This document shows, in pieces, positions 26,558-36,451 of a stretch of DNA of 64,000 nucleotides. The notes under the pieces are model-generated. The model saw only the letters and a list, made by a program, of their open reading frames with translations, made no database searches and was not told the DNA's origin. The stretch comes from a virus. Taxonomy: Duplodnaviria; Caudoviricetes. Within the stretch, counting starts at the first letter, position 1; each line of letters begins with the position of its first letter. Where the stretch lies: the IMG/VR virus record IMGVR_UViG_3300005077_000001, positions 128,001 to 192,000 of that record, one strand, 5' to 3'. A program made the position numbers and the translations under genes.

Positions 26558-28030
26558 ATGTCAACCGATTATTCAAATTTAAAATTAACAATGTCTCATT
26601 TTTGTGTGGTAGATGATTATTATTTTGTAATGTACCCTTCTCCTTTAAATTTACTAATGAAGAAAACAAATTATGGAGATCCAGTAATGACTTACCCTTT
26701 CAGTGATGAAATGGATTTATCTGCTGTGAATAATCAGTTTATCGGGTTAGATTATGATGGGGTAAATTTTTGGTCATTGGAAAAAGTAAGTTATGGTAGT
26801 AGCATAGAAAAAAGACGTAGATTAAGGAGATGGAGAATAGAAAATTTTATGTGCGTGTTAAAAGATTCTTGGATTCTTTCTGGTCAAGGTGGAGAAGATA
26901 TAAATGGAAGAGCTTTTTGTATAGAGCACTATCATGACTTTCTAGCTGAGGATTGTGGGTTAGGTACTTCCTATACTCAGTCTTTAAAATTAACAACTCC
27001 CACATCTTGCTATTTCCATAGTGGGGATCACATTGCTATTACAGATAGTGTAACCGGGGATATTAAGGATGCTGCTGTTAATACTAAATTAGGATCTGAT
27101 GTAGTAAATTTACAGGTGCCATTAGATACTACTTTATCAGCCGGAAGTAAAGTATCCCATTTTAGAAGATTGTACTTTTTTAATAATCAAGCTCCTACAA
27201 TTGGAGCTAGTAGTGCTGCATTATATATTTGGTCCATACCTATAACTACAGGAACAGATCCATTAACTGATAGAACTCCAAGCTATATTACTTGTGATAC
27301 TAGTGGGGTTTATGAAGGAACACAAGCTGCTCATTTTTGTACAATAAGCGGTGTAGATGCAGTTAATTCAGGGTATGAGACAGGATTAATTTCTTATATA
27401 CGAGGTATGCAATTGCTACTAAAAAAACCCATGCTTCCGGCTGGAACTACAGGGTATCCTGATGGGGTTGAAGCTACAGGTATTGAGTATAGGAGTAATA
27501 TAAACTCTATGCTCATTGATACATTAATCAATACAGCAAAAACAGAGATATATACTGTATACGCATTATCTTCTTCTCAGAGTCCAAACTCTGCTAGTGC
27601 TGTAAATGTATATCGGCTTCAAAATAAGTATACGTATGCTACTGATGGCTCTTGGAGTACATACAACTATGTTGTATCCACATTAGACCCCGTAATTACT
27701 TCTTTAACTTTATCAATGGAGCCTTCTTTACTCCCAGCTAATGGGACTTCTAAAGCAAACATATATGCTGTATTAAGAGATCAATACGGGTATGCAATTA
27801 ATGATAAAACTGTTACGTTTCAAGTAGAAGACGCATTAGGTGGTAGATTTTGTGCACCGACTGTAACTATAACTCCTTGTACTGGTGGAGATTGCTGGAT
27901 TTCTGGGGATGGTTCTCAAGCAAGAGTAGTTACCGGAACACAGAATATAGGAGATGGAGCAGCAGTAATCGGATGGTTAGTAGGTACGAGTGCCGGTTTC
28001 CCAATTGTTACAGCAACGGTTTCTGAATAA
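26558..28030 (+). CDS. Structural protein with C-terminal invasin/intimin-type (Big_1) Ig domain
   Basis: LDYDGVNFWSLE...LRRWRI. SLTLSMEPSLLPANGTSKANIYAVLRDQYGYAINDKTVTF. Confidence 0.55.
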   Translation: MSTDYSNLKLTMSHFCVVDDYYFVMYPSPLNLLMKKTNYGDPVMTYPFSDEMDLSAVNNQFIGLDYDGVNFWSLEKVSYGSSIEKRRRLRRWRIENFMCVLKDSWILSGQGGEDINGRAFCIEHYHDFLAEDCGLGTSYTQSLKLTTPTSCYFHSGDHIAITDSVTGDIKDAAVNTKLGSDVVNLQVPLDTTLSAGSKVSHFRRLYFFNNQAPTIGASSAALYIWSIPITTGTDPLTDRTPSYITCDTSGVYEGTQAAHFCTISGVDAVNSGYETGLISYIRGMQLLLKKPMLPAGTTGYPDGVEATGIEYRSNINSMLIDTLINTAKTEIYTVYALSSSQSPNSASAVNVYRLQNKYTYATDGSWSTYNYVVSTLDPVITSLTLSMEPSLLPANGTSKANIYAVLRDQYGYAINDKTVTFQVEDALGGRFCAPTVTITPCTGGDCWISGDGSQARVVTGTQNIGDGAAVIGWLVGTSAGFPIVTATVSE

Positions 28031-29565
28031 TGTCTACATTATCCAGAAGTATAACATACAGACAAGGATTTCAACTTGATTCTGATTATATTTCTAGAGT
28101 TAAACAAACTATAACTGACACGACTTGGTTAAGGCAGAGAGGAGATATTATCTCCGATGATATAATACAAATGGGTAAGATATTTCGTAGGGCAAGAGAA
28201 GGGACTTCAGGAAAGTGTGGAGATATACCTGATGAGCTTCGGTGGGATAATATCCCTCACGCTAGCTATGAAATTTGTGGGTATTTAGATAAATCTATTT
28301 CTTGCACATTTCCTATTTGGAGTTCAGATAGTAATTCATGGATAGACTGGCCTTGCTCCTTTTATGGTACCCAAATTTTTATGCAAATATACGATTTATC
28401 AGCTAATGGAGGAATATCTGCAAAAATAATGTCTCCTGTTAGCACGGATAGATTTTTGGAACAGGCTGATCTATCTACTTCAAGTAACACGTTTTATTGG
28501 AATTTACCTAATAAACAAAAAGACGCAAAATTAGAAGTTTTTAATTTTCTACAAGAGATAATTCCGGCTCCTTATAGTATAAGAAATTCTCCAGACTCTT
28601 CTATATGGATTAGGTTAAGAGATCCTCTATACCCTCTAGATGTTTCAACCTTTATCATGTATGTTAATAGCATAGATATCTCTACACAAGTTGATATAAA
28701 TCGCGTAACTAATGGTGTAGAAATACTATACAATCCTATAAGTAATTTTGCTTATGCTAGTCGTGTATTTGTTTCTGTATTAATAGGTACGGAGTCTTCA
28801 ACAGTTTTTTCTTTATTAGGGGCATATACTTCTGAACAAGAATACATAGAAATAGATTTTGATGCGTTTCTATTAAATGCTGGAGGTATATTAAAAATAG
28901 GGCCAAATAGTGATGGTATATTTGAAAACGTGTATATTGAAGATATAATAGACGAGTCAATGATTAAGATAACCCCTCTAGTTAATTCTTATCAAGATGG
29001 TAATCAAATTGAATATTTTCCAAGCCAATCATTACTGCATTTAGATTACTACTTTGATATCATTGATGATTATAGACCACCATGGTTTGATGGTTTATAT
29101 CCTAGTGATAATTCTGAAAACATTTCTGTAACTTCCCCTATCTACTTTACTGTAAACGATGTAGGGTTAGGTGTAAATATAAATAGTTTAATATTTAAAA
29201 TAAATGATCTGGAAGTAACTCCAGCTATCAAACAAGTTTCTGATAATTCTTATTTGGTTTCTTATGTACCGATGAAAGAATTCTATTACGATTCATATAT
29301 GTATTGTTATGCTTATATAGAAGATGTAGCTGTTTCTAAAAATTATGCTTCCGTTTCATGGAGATTTAGAACTCAAGTATCCAACCCACCGTCTATTATA
29401 AATTTTCATCCTGGATGTTGTAAGGATAACATACACACTATGTCGGATATATACTTTGATATTTTTGGAGAAGAGACTGGCTTAGATTTAAATAGCCTTT
29501 TAATAACTATAGATGGAGTAATCTATCCTATAGAATTAATTCCTAAAATTTATAGGCAGGAGTAA
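28030..29565 (+). CDS. Structural protein with repeated SbsA-like Ig domains
   Basis: PPWFDGLYPSDNSENISVTSPIYFTVND..GVNINSL and PPSIINFHP...IYFDIF...GLDLNSL repeats. Confidence 0.55.
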   Translation: MSTLSRSITYRQGFQLDSDYISRVKQTITDTTWLRQRGDIISDDIIQMGKIFRRAREGTSGKCGDIPDELRWDNIPHASYEICGYLDKSISCTFPIWSSDSNSWIDWPCSFYGTQIFMQIYDLSANGGISAKIMSPVSTDRFLEQADLSTSSNTFYWNLPNKQKDAKLEVFNFLQEIIPAPYSIRNSPDSSIWIRLRDPLYPLDVSTFIMYVNSIDISTQVDINRVTNGVEILYNPISNFAYASRVFVSVLIGTESSTVFSLLGAYTSEQEYIEIDFDAFLLNAGGILKIGPNSDGIFENVYIEDIIDESMIKITPLVNSYQDGNQIEYFPSQSLLHLDYYFDIIDDYRPPWFDGLYPSDNSENISVTSPIYFTVNDVGLGVNINSLIFKINDLEVTPAIKQVSDNSYLVSYVPMKEFYYDSYMYCYAYIEDVAVSKNYASVSWRFRTQVSNPPSIINFHPGCCKDNIHTMSDIYFDIFGEETGLDLNSLLITIDGVIYPIELIPKIYRQE

Positions 29566-29570
29566 TATCG

Positions 29571-30767
29571 ATGGAAGTAGGAAAAATATCAGCATACAAT
29601 TTAGATAAAGATTTTAAACCTTTTTACTGGGAACTGAGTTCCACTACAGCAGTTACTAGGGTTATACATAACGAAGAACAAATTGTGAGATGTAGGATGC
29701 GAGATTATTCTCCACCAAGAGCCGAAATAAAATATTTTAATATGGATGGTACTTCTGCTGCTCAATTTACTCTAATTTCAGGTAGTGATTATGTAAACAA
29801 CGTTGTGGATATGTGTTGGAGTAATACTGATAATAAATATGCATATATTGTAGCTAATAATGATAGCTATAGTATATACAGATGCTTAAGCAATGGTACT
29901 TATTTCGATACTGTTCTACAAAATTTAATCCCTGACGAAGGTGTTGGTTGGGATTGGGCTTCTGCTTCTGGTAATGTTCAAATTGCGGCAGGAGAAGAAG
30001 ATTATTATGTTAAAGTGCAAGGATCTGTCTATAAGATACCAATTTCAACTATAGATGTAGAAACTAAATCTACTTCAGATTTTTATGATATAGTAGCTGA
30101 AGCAGGTACTCTATCTGGAAGTGAAGTTCCTGGAGGATACTTTGGTACTTATTTAAAATACCCCTATGCCTTTAATCCCCAAAACGGGAATGAATGCTAT
30201 AATTTTTCTTATCAATATGCTCCATATTATAATGTTCCTAGTGGAGTAGCTATAAGCGGCAGTCTTATGTACAGTTGGTATGATTCCCCTATAGACACAG
30301 TGTATTTAAGATCAATTTCTACAAGTGGTAACATGGCTAATATGCCTTATAGATGGGCGTTATTAAATATACCAGATTATTCAACATATAATTACCCTAT
30401 ATTCATAAATCAAACAGATGTTAATGCATTGCATTATTTAAACGGTTCTGCTACTACATCAGGAACCTCGGTGTTACTGAATGTATTTAATTTAGATTCG
30501 GAAGTGGCGGCCTTCATAAATCTTAACTCTTCTGATATTTTAATGCCAGCAGGAGTTGGTGATACAGCTTTAATAACAGCTACAGTTATAAATTGTTGGG
30601 GTGAACCAAAAGAAGGAAAACCTGTAGACTTTTGGATATATTCTGGAGATGGCTCTATAATACCTATAGATACTGAAACCGATGCTAATGGTAAATGCAG
30701 AGCTACTTTTTGGGGAGGGTCTACTGTAGGACCAACTCAGATAAACGCGGTAGTAAATGAGATCTAA
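29571..30767 (+). CDS. Structural protein with C-terminal Big_1 Ig domain
   Basis: TALITATVINCWGEPKEGKPVDF...TETDANGKCRATF. Confidence 0.55.
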   Translation: MEVGKISAYNLDKDFKPFYWELSSTTAVTRVIHNEEQIVRCRMRDYSPPRAEIKYFNMDGTSAAQFTLISGSDYVNNVVDMCWSNTDNKYAYIVANNDSYSIYRCLSNGTYFDTVLQNLIPDEGVGWDWASASGNVQIAAGEEDYYVKVQGSVYKIPISTIDVETKSTSDFYDIVAEAGTLSGSEVPGGYFGTYLKYPYAFNPQNGNECYNFSYQYAPYYNVPSGVAISGSLMYSWYDSPIDTVYLRSISTSGNMANMPYRWALLNIPDYSTYNYPIFINQTDVNALHYLNGSATTSGTSVLLNVFNLDSEVAAFINLNSSDILMPAGVGDTALITATVINCWGEPKEGKPVDFWIYSGDGSIIPIDTETDANGKCRATFWGGSTVGPTQINAVVNEI

Positions 30768-30769
30768 AT

Positions 30770-33700
30770 ATGGCATATACTTACGTATTCCAGGTGGAAT
30801 CATCTGGCACTTTAAATCCGGGTGGTTCCACTATTTCAGGAAGTACAAATATTGCATATTCAAATGCATTCTATACTTATTGCCCTCAAGGAGGAGTAAC
30901 TCTTTTTAGTTATCCAGAAGATGGAACAACCTTTTCTGGGATTAACTCATGCTATGATTATCCTATAAATGGCACAAATGCTATTACACAAAACCCTGAA
31001 TGTACCTATGAGGCAATAGGGTTATATGATTATAAAGTCTCAATCCCAATTTCCTATATCAATGTAACTCCTGCTTATCTTTTTACCCTACCCGTTAATT
31101 CTAAAATCATATCAATAGAATCTGAAATGATAACTTCCTTTAGTGGAGGATATCGACAAGATTTAACTTTATATTCTGGATTTCAAAATGAAGCGGCTGG
31201 GGTTACATACATCTCGGGGGATAAACTATTAAATGGGGAGTATATTACGCATGTTGGGTGTAATATTTATGACCCACATTATAATGATCCAACGACTTTC
31301 AATTTAACAATAAAAATTTGTGAACAGACTAGTGCTTCTGGCTTTAATCTGACAGATATTTTATCAGCAACTCACAGTGGTACTGGGCAAGAGTGGTTTA
31401 AATTAACTACTCCAATAAAAATACCTGAGTCAGGAGATTATTCTTTGGGGGTTTATTCCTCAAGTGTACTTTATGGGTTTAGTTGCCCAATGGAGAATAG
31501 ACATTCCTATTCAAAGGTAGGAGATTGTAGTGGTACTTGTGATGATTTCTTATATGAATCAAGCTACTACCACTCATGTACAGCTTATTACACTCCTTCA
31601 TACTCTATAGGGACTCTATCTGATTCTGACTTATTTTTGCATAAATTGAATATTGTAGAAAACACAGATCAGTATTGCACATCGGGGTATGTTGAATCCA
31701 ACACTGGAGTTTATTTAAACAGTACTTGCTTTCATCCTGATACTGTTGGGAGTGGAATTTTAACTTTTAATTGCCGTCAGTACGTGCCTATAACACTATC
31801 TGGTAGTAATGTAGTTTATCCTGGTAATTTTCAAATAACTTCTGATTCTCCTTCCAATACACTATCAGGAAACGTAGTATACTACTTATATTCAAAATCT
31901 CTGGAATCCAGTATAGTAGAACAAGTGTCCGAATATGTGGATAATTTGTATTCTATTTCTTATAATTATGATTGTGGTATAAGCGGTTCTTTTCCTATCC
32001 ATTCTTGCATAGATAGCATAGAAACACAGGTTAATGAATATATGTTTAATCCAGAGATTGATATAAGTGGCTATGTATTGGTAATAAGCTTTAGGAAAGA
32101 AACCAATTTAATAGAATATTCTATTATTACTGCTGAAACTTATTATTCCATAATAAAATGTTTCAGTGGATTTATGGGAAAAGCTGCAAATTGTTGGAGT
32201 TGTGATTATTTCCTTTATTGCGGATGCGATGTTAAAGGCTCTATTAATATTATGAGTTTCAAAAAAGATGCAGTTACAATGAGGGAATACTTACTTGACT
32301 ATTTATCGTTTTTAATTACAGATTATAATGTAAATTCTCATTACGCATGTGATTCATATAGGCTTTCTAGAATTGATTATAATTCTCCTTACATAAGTGA
32401 TATGTCCCCTCCCGGTAATTCTATTCTTAATGATAGATTTCTTAATAACGTATCAGATGAAGGAAAAATTATATTTAATCTGAGAGATGCTAGTACTAGT
32501 GTATCAGGTTTGAATACTAATATATGGATTAAACGACAAGATTATTTTACTTCCTCTACTGATGTTTATGACAACTTTAGTTTTTATACAAATGATTATA
32601 AAACCACAACCAGTGGGTATGGATGGAATACTTTTAACGCAACTAAAGCTTATAAATTTATTACGAATGAAAATTATATAAATCTACAATCCTATCTTGA
32701 TAGAATATACCATAGAACTGATTCTATATGCAATATTAGTGGTACCAATGCATTAGAAATTACTACTAGTGGAAACACTGCATTAACATCCTCTCCTATG
32801 CTATATTGGACTATTCCGTCTGGATATACTACTTGGAGTATGGATACTAAATTACAAGTCTATCGGGATACCCTAAATGAGAACCAATGGGCCGGAATTG
32901 GAATTAGTACTTCTCCAACTGTTACTTCAGGTAATTATATATATTTAATGGCTAGCACAACTAGTGGAGGTCGTCACATAATTATTAATAGTAGCACACC
33001 ATCTTACACTACATCAGGAGTCAGACCCTATCCAGACCCATACGAATACTATTTAAGAATGGACAGAACCGGAAATTCTTTAAGTTGTAAATGGTCAATA
33101 GACAAAACCAATTGGACTACTTTAAAAACAGTGACATTAACAGAATACAGTTCTGATTTATATGTGGGCCCATTGGTTATAAACACTAATACCAACAATT
33201 CTAAAACAACTGCTTACTTTGATTATATACATATTAATTGTTCTGGAGTTAATAATTTTATTTCTAGTACAGATTCATGGGAATTACTTACATTCCAAGG
33301 ATCACAACTAAATAATACAAGTAATACTGGAACGACTATTTTTTCAAAAATGAATAATTTATTATACAATTTTTCATATGAACTAGAAGAGAGTCTACCA
33401 TTAGAACCTAATGAGCAAGTGTATATTAGAATAGAAACATCAGATAAAAAAGACTTGCAATTACAATACACACCAGAGGATAGCCTGTTATTTATTTCTT
33501 CAGATATACCTATGTTATCACCATTATCTACCCGTGTTAGCGGTAATATAATAGATATATCTCCTTACAACCATACTATAAATTGTAATAATGGCGTTGT
33601 TGGTACGTATCGGCCTTTTCCTACTTACACTCAAGGTTGCCAAGATATGTATATTTCTGATGCAACATTATCGGGAATTTATCAAGGAACTTCCAGTATA

Positions 33701-35467
33701 GATTTTCATAGTAATGGGGAATCTTATTTATCTACTGATTATACTACGAACTTATGTTTAGGAGATGAATGGACAATACATTGTTTTTCCTATTTTATTT
33801 CTTTTTCATCTACTCAGCTTATTAATATATCTACTAGCACACAACGTCAGGTTTCATTAGGGGTGAATTCTACAGGTTACCTAATATGCTATGTTCTTAA
33901 CACAGCTTATGTCTTGAGTAATTACGCATTACAAAAAAACAGATGGTATCACTTAGCATTAATAAGAAAAAATGAATGGTTATATGGGTTTATAGATGGA
34001 GAAAGACAACCTAATGGGGTATACTATCCTACTTCTTTTAGCACTAGTCCTTGTGCAGCTTTGATAGGTACTTCGTTTGATGGGTATATGGACTTAGTTG
34101 TAGTAGAATCCAAAGCTAATTGGAAAGAAAATTTTAATTGTAGTAATAAGTTAGATTGTATTTACGGATTTAAAATACTAAATGAGTCTATTCTTAATGT
34201 TGAATTTAATATAGTAGAAGATGCTAATAGCCCTAAATTAATTGATGTTTCTCCACTTAGGAATACACTAGATTTTTGTCCTGACCAGTCTATAATTTTT
34301 GATGTACTTGATGATTATACTGGAATAAATTGGTCTAGATTGAATGTAGAAATTGATGGTGACTTATTAATACAGAATGGACAAGATATATCTAGTCGAG
34401 TTGGTAGGGGGTTATTAAGTTGGGAATCTAGGGGCACTTTAGACGGGGAATGGGTGTCGTATGGTCCTTGCACAGTAGAAGAATTGAGTGAGCCAGTAGA
34501 AGAGGATGATAAATTATTCGTTAATATAAATGCTTTAGCTCCCACTTATTGTGAGCCCATGGTTTCTGGGATAAATAGAACTTTATACCCTCCTGGAACA
34601 GTCTACCCTAATAGTGGTGCATGGGGCTATAGATTCACCTACTCATTTAATCCCAACGAGTTACCTTATAATCATAATATAGTAGTCAAAGTCTGGGGAG
34701 AGGATAATTATTTAGAACCTAATTTAATAAGTGATCAATATTCTATTTATACAATTACAAATGAGAATATCCAATCAGATAATTTTTTTGTTCCGGTAGG
34801 GGAGAGCACTACTATCTATGATTTTTCAGAATTAACGTGTGATTTCTATGATGTAGATTATCCTATTACTGATCTTATAACTGCAAGTTCCTATTTGATA
34901 AGATCCGATGGATTAAGAACTGAAACTTGTAGTGGTATATATTGGACTACTAGAAGTGGAATAAGCTATCCTATCTACACATTACATTATAAACCAGAAG
35001 ATTATTTTAGGTGGGATACGGAAAGAAAAACAACCTATGAGGTTACAATTGTAAATAATAATTCTTATTGTTATGTAGAAAGAAAGTTTGAATTTATCAT
35101 CAAACCTGGATGGAGAATTTATTGGGATCACAAAAATTATAGATACCCTCTTACTGATAGAACGTATAATCCGTTTGCTTATGATTCAAATATATCTATC
35201 TTTGTACTTATTAAAAATAATACATTTATGCCTAATAAGCTATTGGAATCTTGTACATTTCACATAGTAAAACCTTCTCATAAGGATTTATATGTAACGT
35301 TAGACCCAAAAATTACACATAAAGATTTAACTGTGAATTTAAAACCACATACCCCATACTTAGAGTATGGGGAATTGGTTGAATGTATTATTGAATGCGA
35401 AGATATGGCTGGAAACAGTATGTCTTACACCTGGTATTTTAGAACAGAAGATAATCCAAATAATTAA
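30770..35467 (+). CDS. Large tail fibre/adhesin-like protein with concanavalin-A/LamG and Ig-like domains (1565 aa)
   Basis: LamG-like WTIHCF...NRWYHLALIRKNEWLYGFIDG. ConA-like YLRMDRTGNSLSCKWSIDKTNW. SbsA-like SPKLIDVSP...IIFDVLDDYTGIN. Confidence 0.6.
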   Translation: MAYTYVFQVESSGTLNPGGSTISGSTNIAYSNAFYTYCPQGGVTLFSYPEDGTTFSGINSCYDYPINGTNAITQNPECTYEAIGLYDYKVSIPISYINVTPAYLFTLPVNSKIISIESEMITSFSGGYRQDLTLYSGFQNEAAGVTYISGDKLLNGEYITHVGCNIYDPHYNDPTTFNLTIKICEQTSASGFNLTDILSATHSGTGQEWFKLTTPIKIPESGDYSLGVYSSSVLYGFSCPMENRHSYSKVGDCSGTCDDFLYESSYYHSCTAYYTPSYSIGTLSDSDLFLHKLNIVENTDQYCTSGYVESNTGVYLNSTCFHPDTVGSGILTFNCRQYVPITLSGSNVVYPGNFQITSDSPSNTLSGNVVYYLYSKSLESSIVEQVSEYVDNLYSISYNYDCGISGSFPIHSCIDSIETQVNEYMFNPEIDISGYVLVISFRKETNLIEYSIITAETYYSIIKCFSGFMGKAANCWSCDYFLYCGCDVKGSINIMSFKKDAVTMREYLLDYLSFLITDYNVNSHYACDSYRLSRIDYNSPYISDMSPPGNSILNDRFLNNVSDEGKIIFNLRDASTSVSGLNTNIWIKRQDYFTSSTDVYDNFSFYTNDYKTTTSGYGWNTFNATKAYKFITNENYINLQSYLDRIYHRTDSICNISGTNALEITTSGNTALTSSPMLYWTIPSGYTTWSMDTKLQVYRDTLNENQWAGIGISTSPTVTSGNYIYLMASTTSGGRHIIINSSTPSYTTSGVRPYPDPYEYYLRMDRTGNSLSCKWSIDKTNWTTLKTVTLTEYSSDLYVGPLVINTNTNNSKTTAYFDYIHINCSGVNNFISSTDSWELLTFQGSQLNNTSNTGTTIFSKMNNLLYNFSYELEESLPLEPNEQVYIRIETSDKKDLQLQYTPEDSLLFISSDIPMLSPLSTRVSGNIIDISPYNHTINCNNGVVGTYRPFPTYTQGCQDMYISDATLSGIYQGTSSIDFHSNGESYLSTDYTTNLCLGDEWTIHCFSYFISFSSTQLINISTSTQRQVSLGVNSTGYLICYVLNTAYVLSNYALQKNRWYHLALIRKNEWLYGFIDGERQPNGVYYPTSFSTSPCAALIGTSFDGYMDLVVVESKANWKENFNCSNKLDCIYGFKILNESILNVEFNIVEDANSPKLIDVSPLRNTLDFCPDQSIIFDVLDDYTGINWSRLNVEIDGDLLIQNGQDISSRVGRGLLSWESRGTLDGEWVSYGPCTVEELSEPVEEDDKLFVNINALAPTYCEPMVSGINRTLYPPGTVYPNSGAWGYRFTYSFNPNELPYNHNIVVKVWGEDNYLEPNLISDQYSIYTITNENIQSDNFFVPVGESTTIYDFSELTCDFYDVDYPITDLITASSYLIRSDGLRTETCSGIYWTTRSGISYPIYTLHYKPEDYFRWDTERKTTYEVTIVNNNSYCYVERKFEFIIKPGWRIYWDHKNYRYPLTDRTYNPFAYDSNISIFVLIKNNTFMPNKLLESCTFHIVKPSHKDLYVTLDPKITHKDLTVNLKPHTPYLEYGELVECIIECEDMAGNSMSYTWYFRTEDNPNN

Positions 35468-35515
35468 GTATCTTTAAACATTAAGTAGTAATATAAAAAC
35501 TATAAAGGTGTATAT

Positions 35516-36451
35516 ATGGCTAAAAAATGGACTGAGGAAGAAGTGAATATACTTAGAGAGAATTATGGGAAGATGAGTAATAGGGAGTTGGGGAATATAT
35601 TAAAAAGAACAACTTGTGCTGTTCAATCTAGGGCAGTTAATATGGGTATTTCTATAAAAAAAGAAACGATACCAGATAAGTGGTCAGAAGAAGAAATACA
35701 GATTTTAAAATGTAATTATAAAGAACAAGATCATAAATTTTTAAGTAAAAAATTAAATAGAAGTATTTCTGCTATTAGGCATATGGGTAGGAAATATAAT
35801 TTAACATCCCTTTATAATAATTACTCTTTAAATGAGGATTATTTTTCAGAGATAAATGAAAATACATTATATTGGGCCGGTTTCATTGCTGCTGATGGTT
35901 CAATTTCCGTAACAAAAAAAGGATATTCGTTAAATATAGGATTGAGTATTAAAGATAAAGTTATATTAGACCGTTTTAAAAAAGAACTAAAATACGACGG
36001 ACCAGTAAAAATTAAAACATCAGAAAAGATATGCTATTTATATGTTTATTCTAAGAAAATTATAGAAGATTTAAATAATAATTTTAATATCGCACCTAGA
36101 AAAACTTTTATTTATGTACCTCCACCATTACCTGATAATTTAAAAAGTTCTTTTGCTATTGGTTTAATAGACGGAGATGGTCATATAGGAATAAGTAAAG
36201 AAGGATATTTACATATTTCTTTATATGGAAGTTTTAACACAGTTCTTTGGTTCAAAAAATTTGTTAATCAGATTGTTGATGCACCTAATAAAATAAAACA
36301 ACAAAAAAATAGTTATGCTTTTGTGATTAAGGGTAAAAAAGCATTGAAATTAGGAGAATATTTAAATTCAATAAACGTTCCTTTTAGATTAGAAAGAAAA
36401 TGGAATAAAATAGAAGAATGCAAGAAATTAAATAATATAGGAGAACTATAA
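35516..36451 (+). CDS. Free-standing LAGLIDADG homing endonuclease with two Myb/SANT-like repeats
   Basis: LYWAGFIAADG and SFAIGLIDGDG motifs. Repeats KWTEEE, KWSEEE. AAAGGTG RBS. Confidence 0.87.
   Translation: MAKKWTEEEVNILRENYGKMSNRELGNILKRTTCAVQSRAVNMGISIKKETIPDKWSEEEIQILKCNYKEQDHKFLSKKLNRSISAIRHMGRKYNLTSLYNNYSLNEDYFSEINENTLYWAGFIAADGSISVTKKGYSLNIGLSIKDKVILDRFKKELKYDGPVKIKTSEKICYLYVYSKKIIEDLNNNFNIAPRKTFIYVPPPLPDNLKSSFAIGLIDGDGHIGISKEGYLHISLYGSFNTVLWFKKFVNQIVDAPNKIKQQKNSYAFVIKGKKALKLGEYLNSINVPFRLERKWNKIEECKKLNNIGEL

Noticed and set aside
16782-36451. Group I introns or inteins hosting the LAGLIDADG ORFs
   Set aside because: ORFs have their own starts and stops, with 0-48 bp flanks and no intein C/N terminal motifs.
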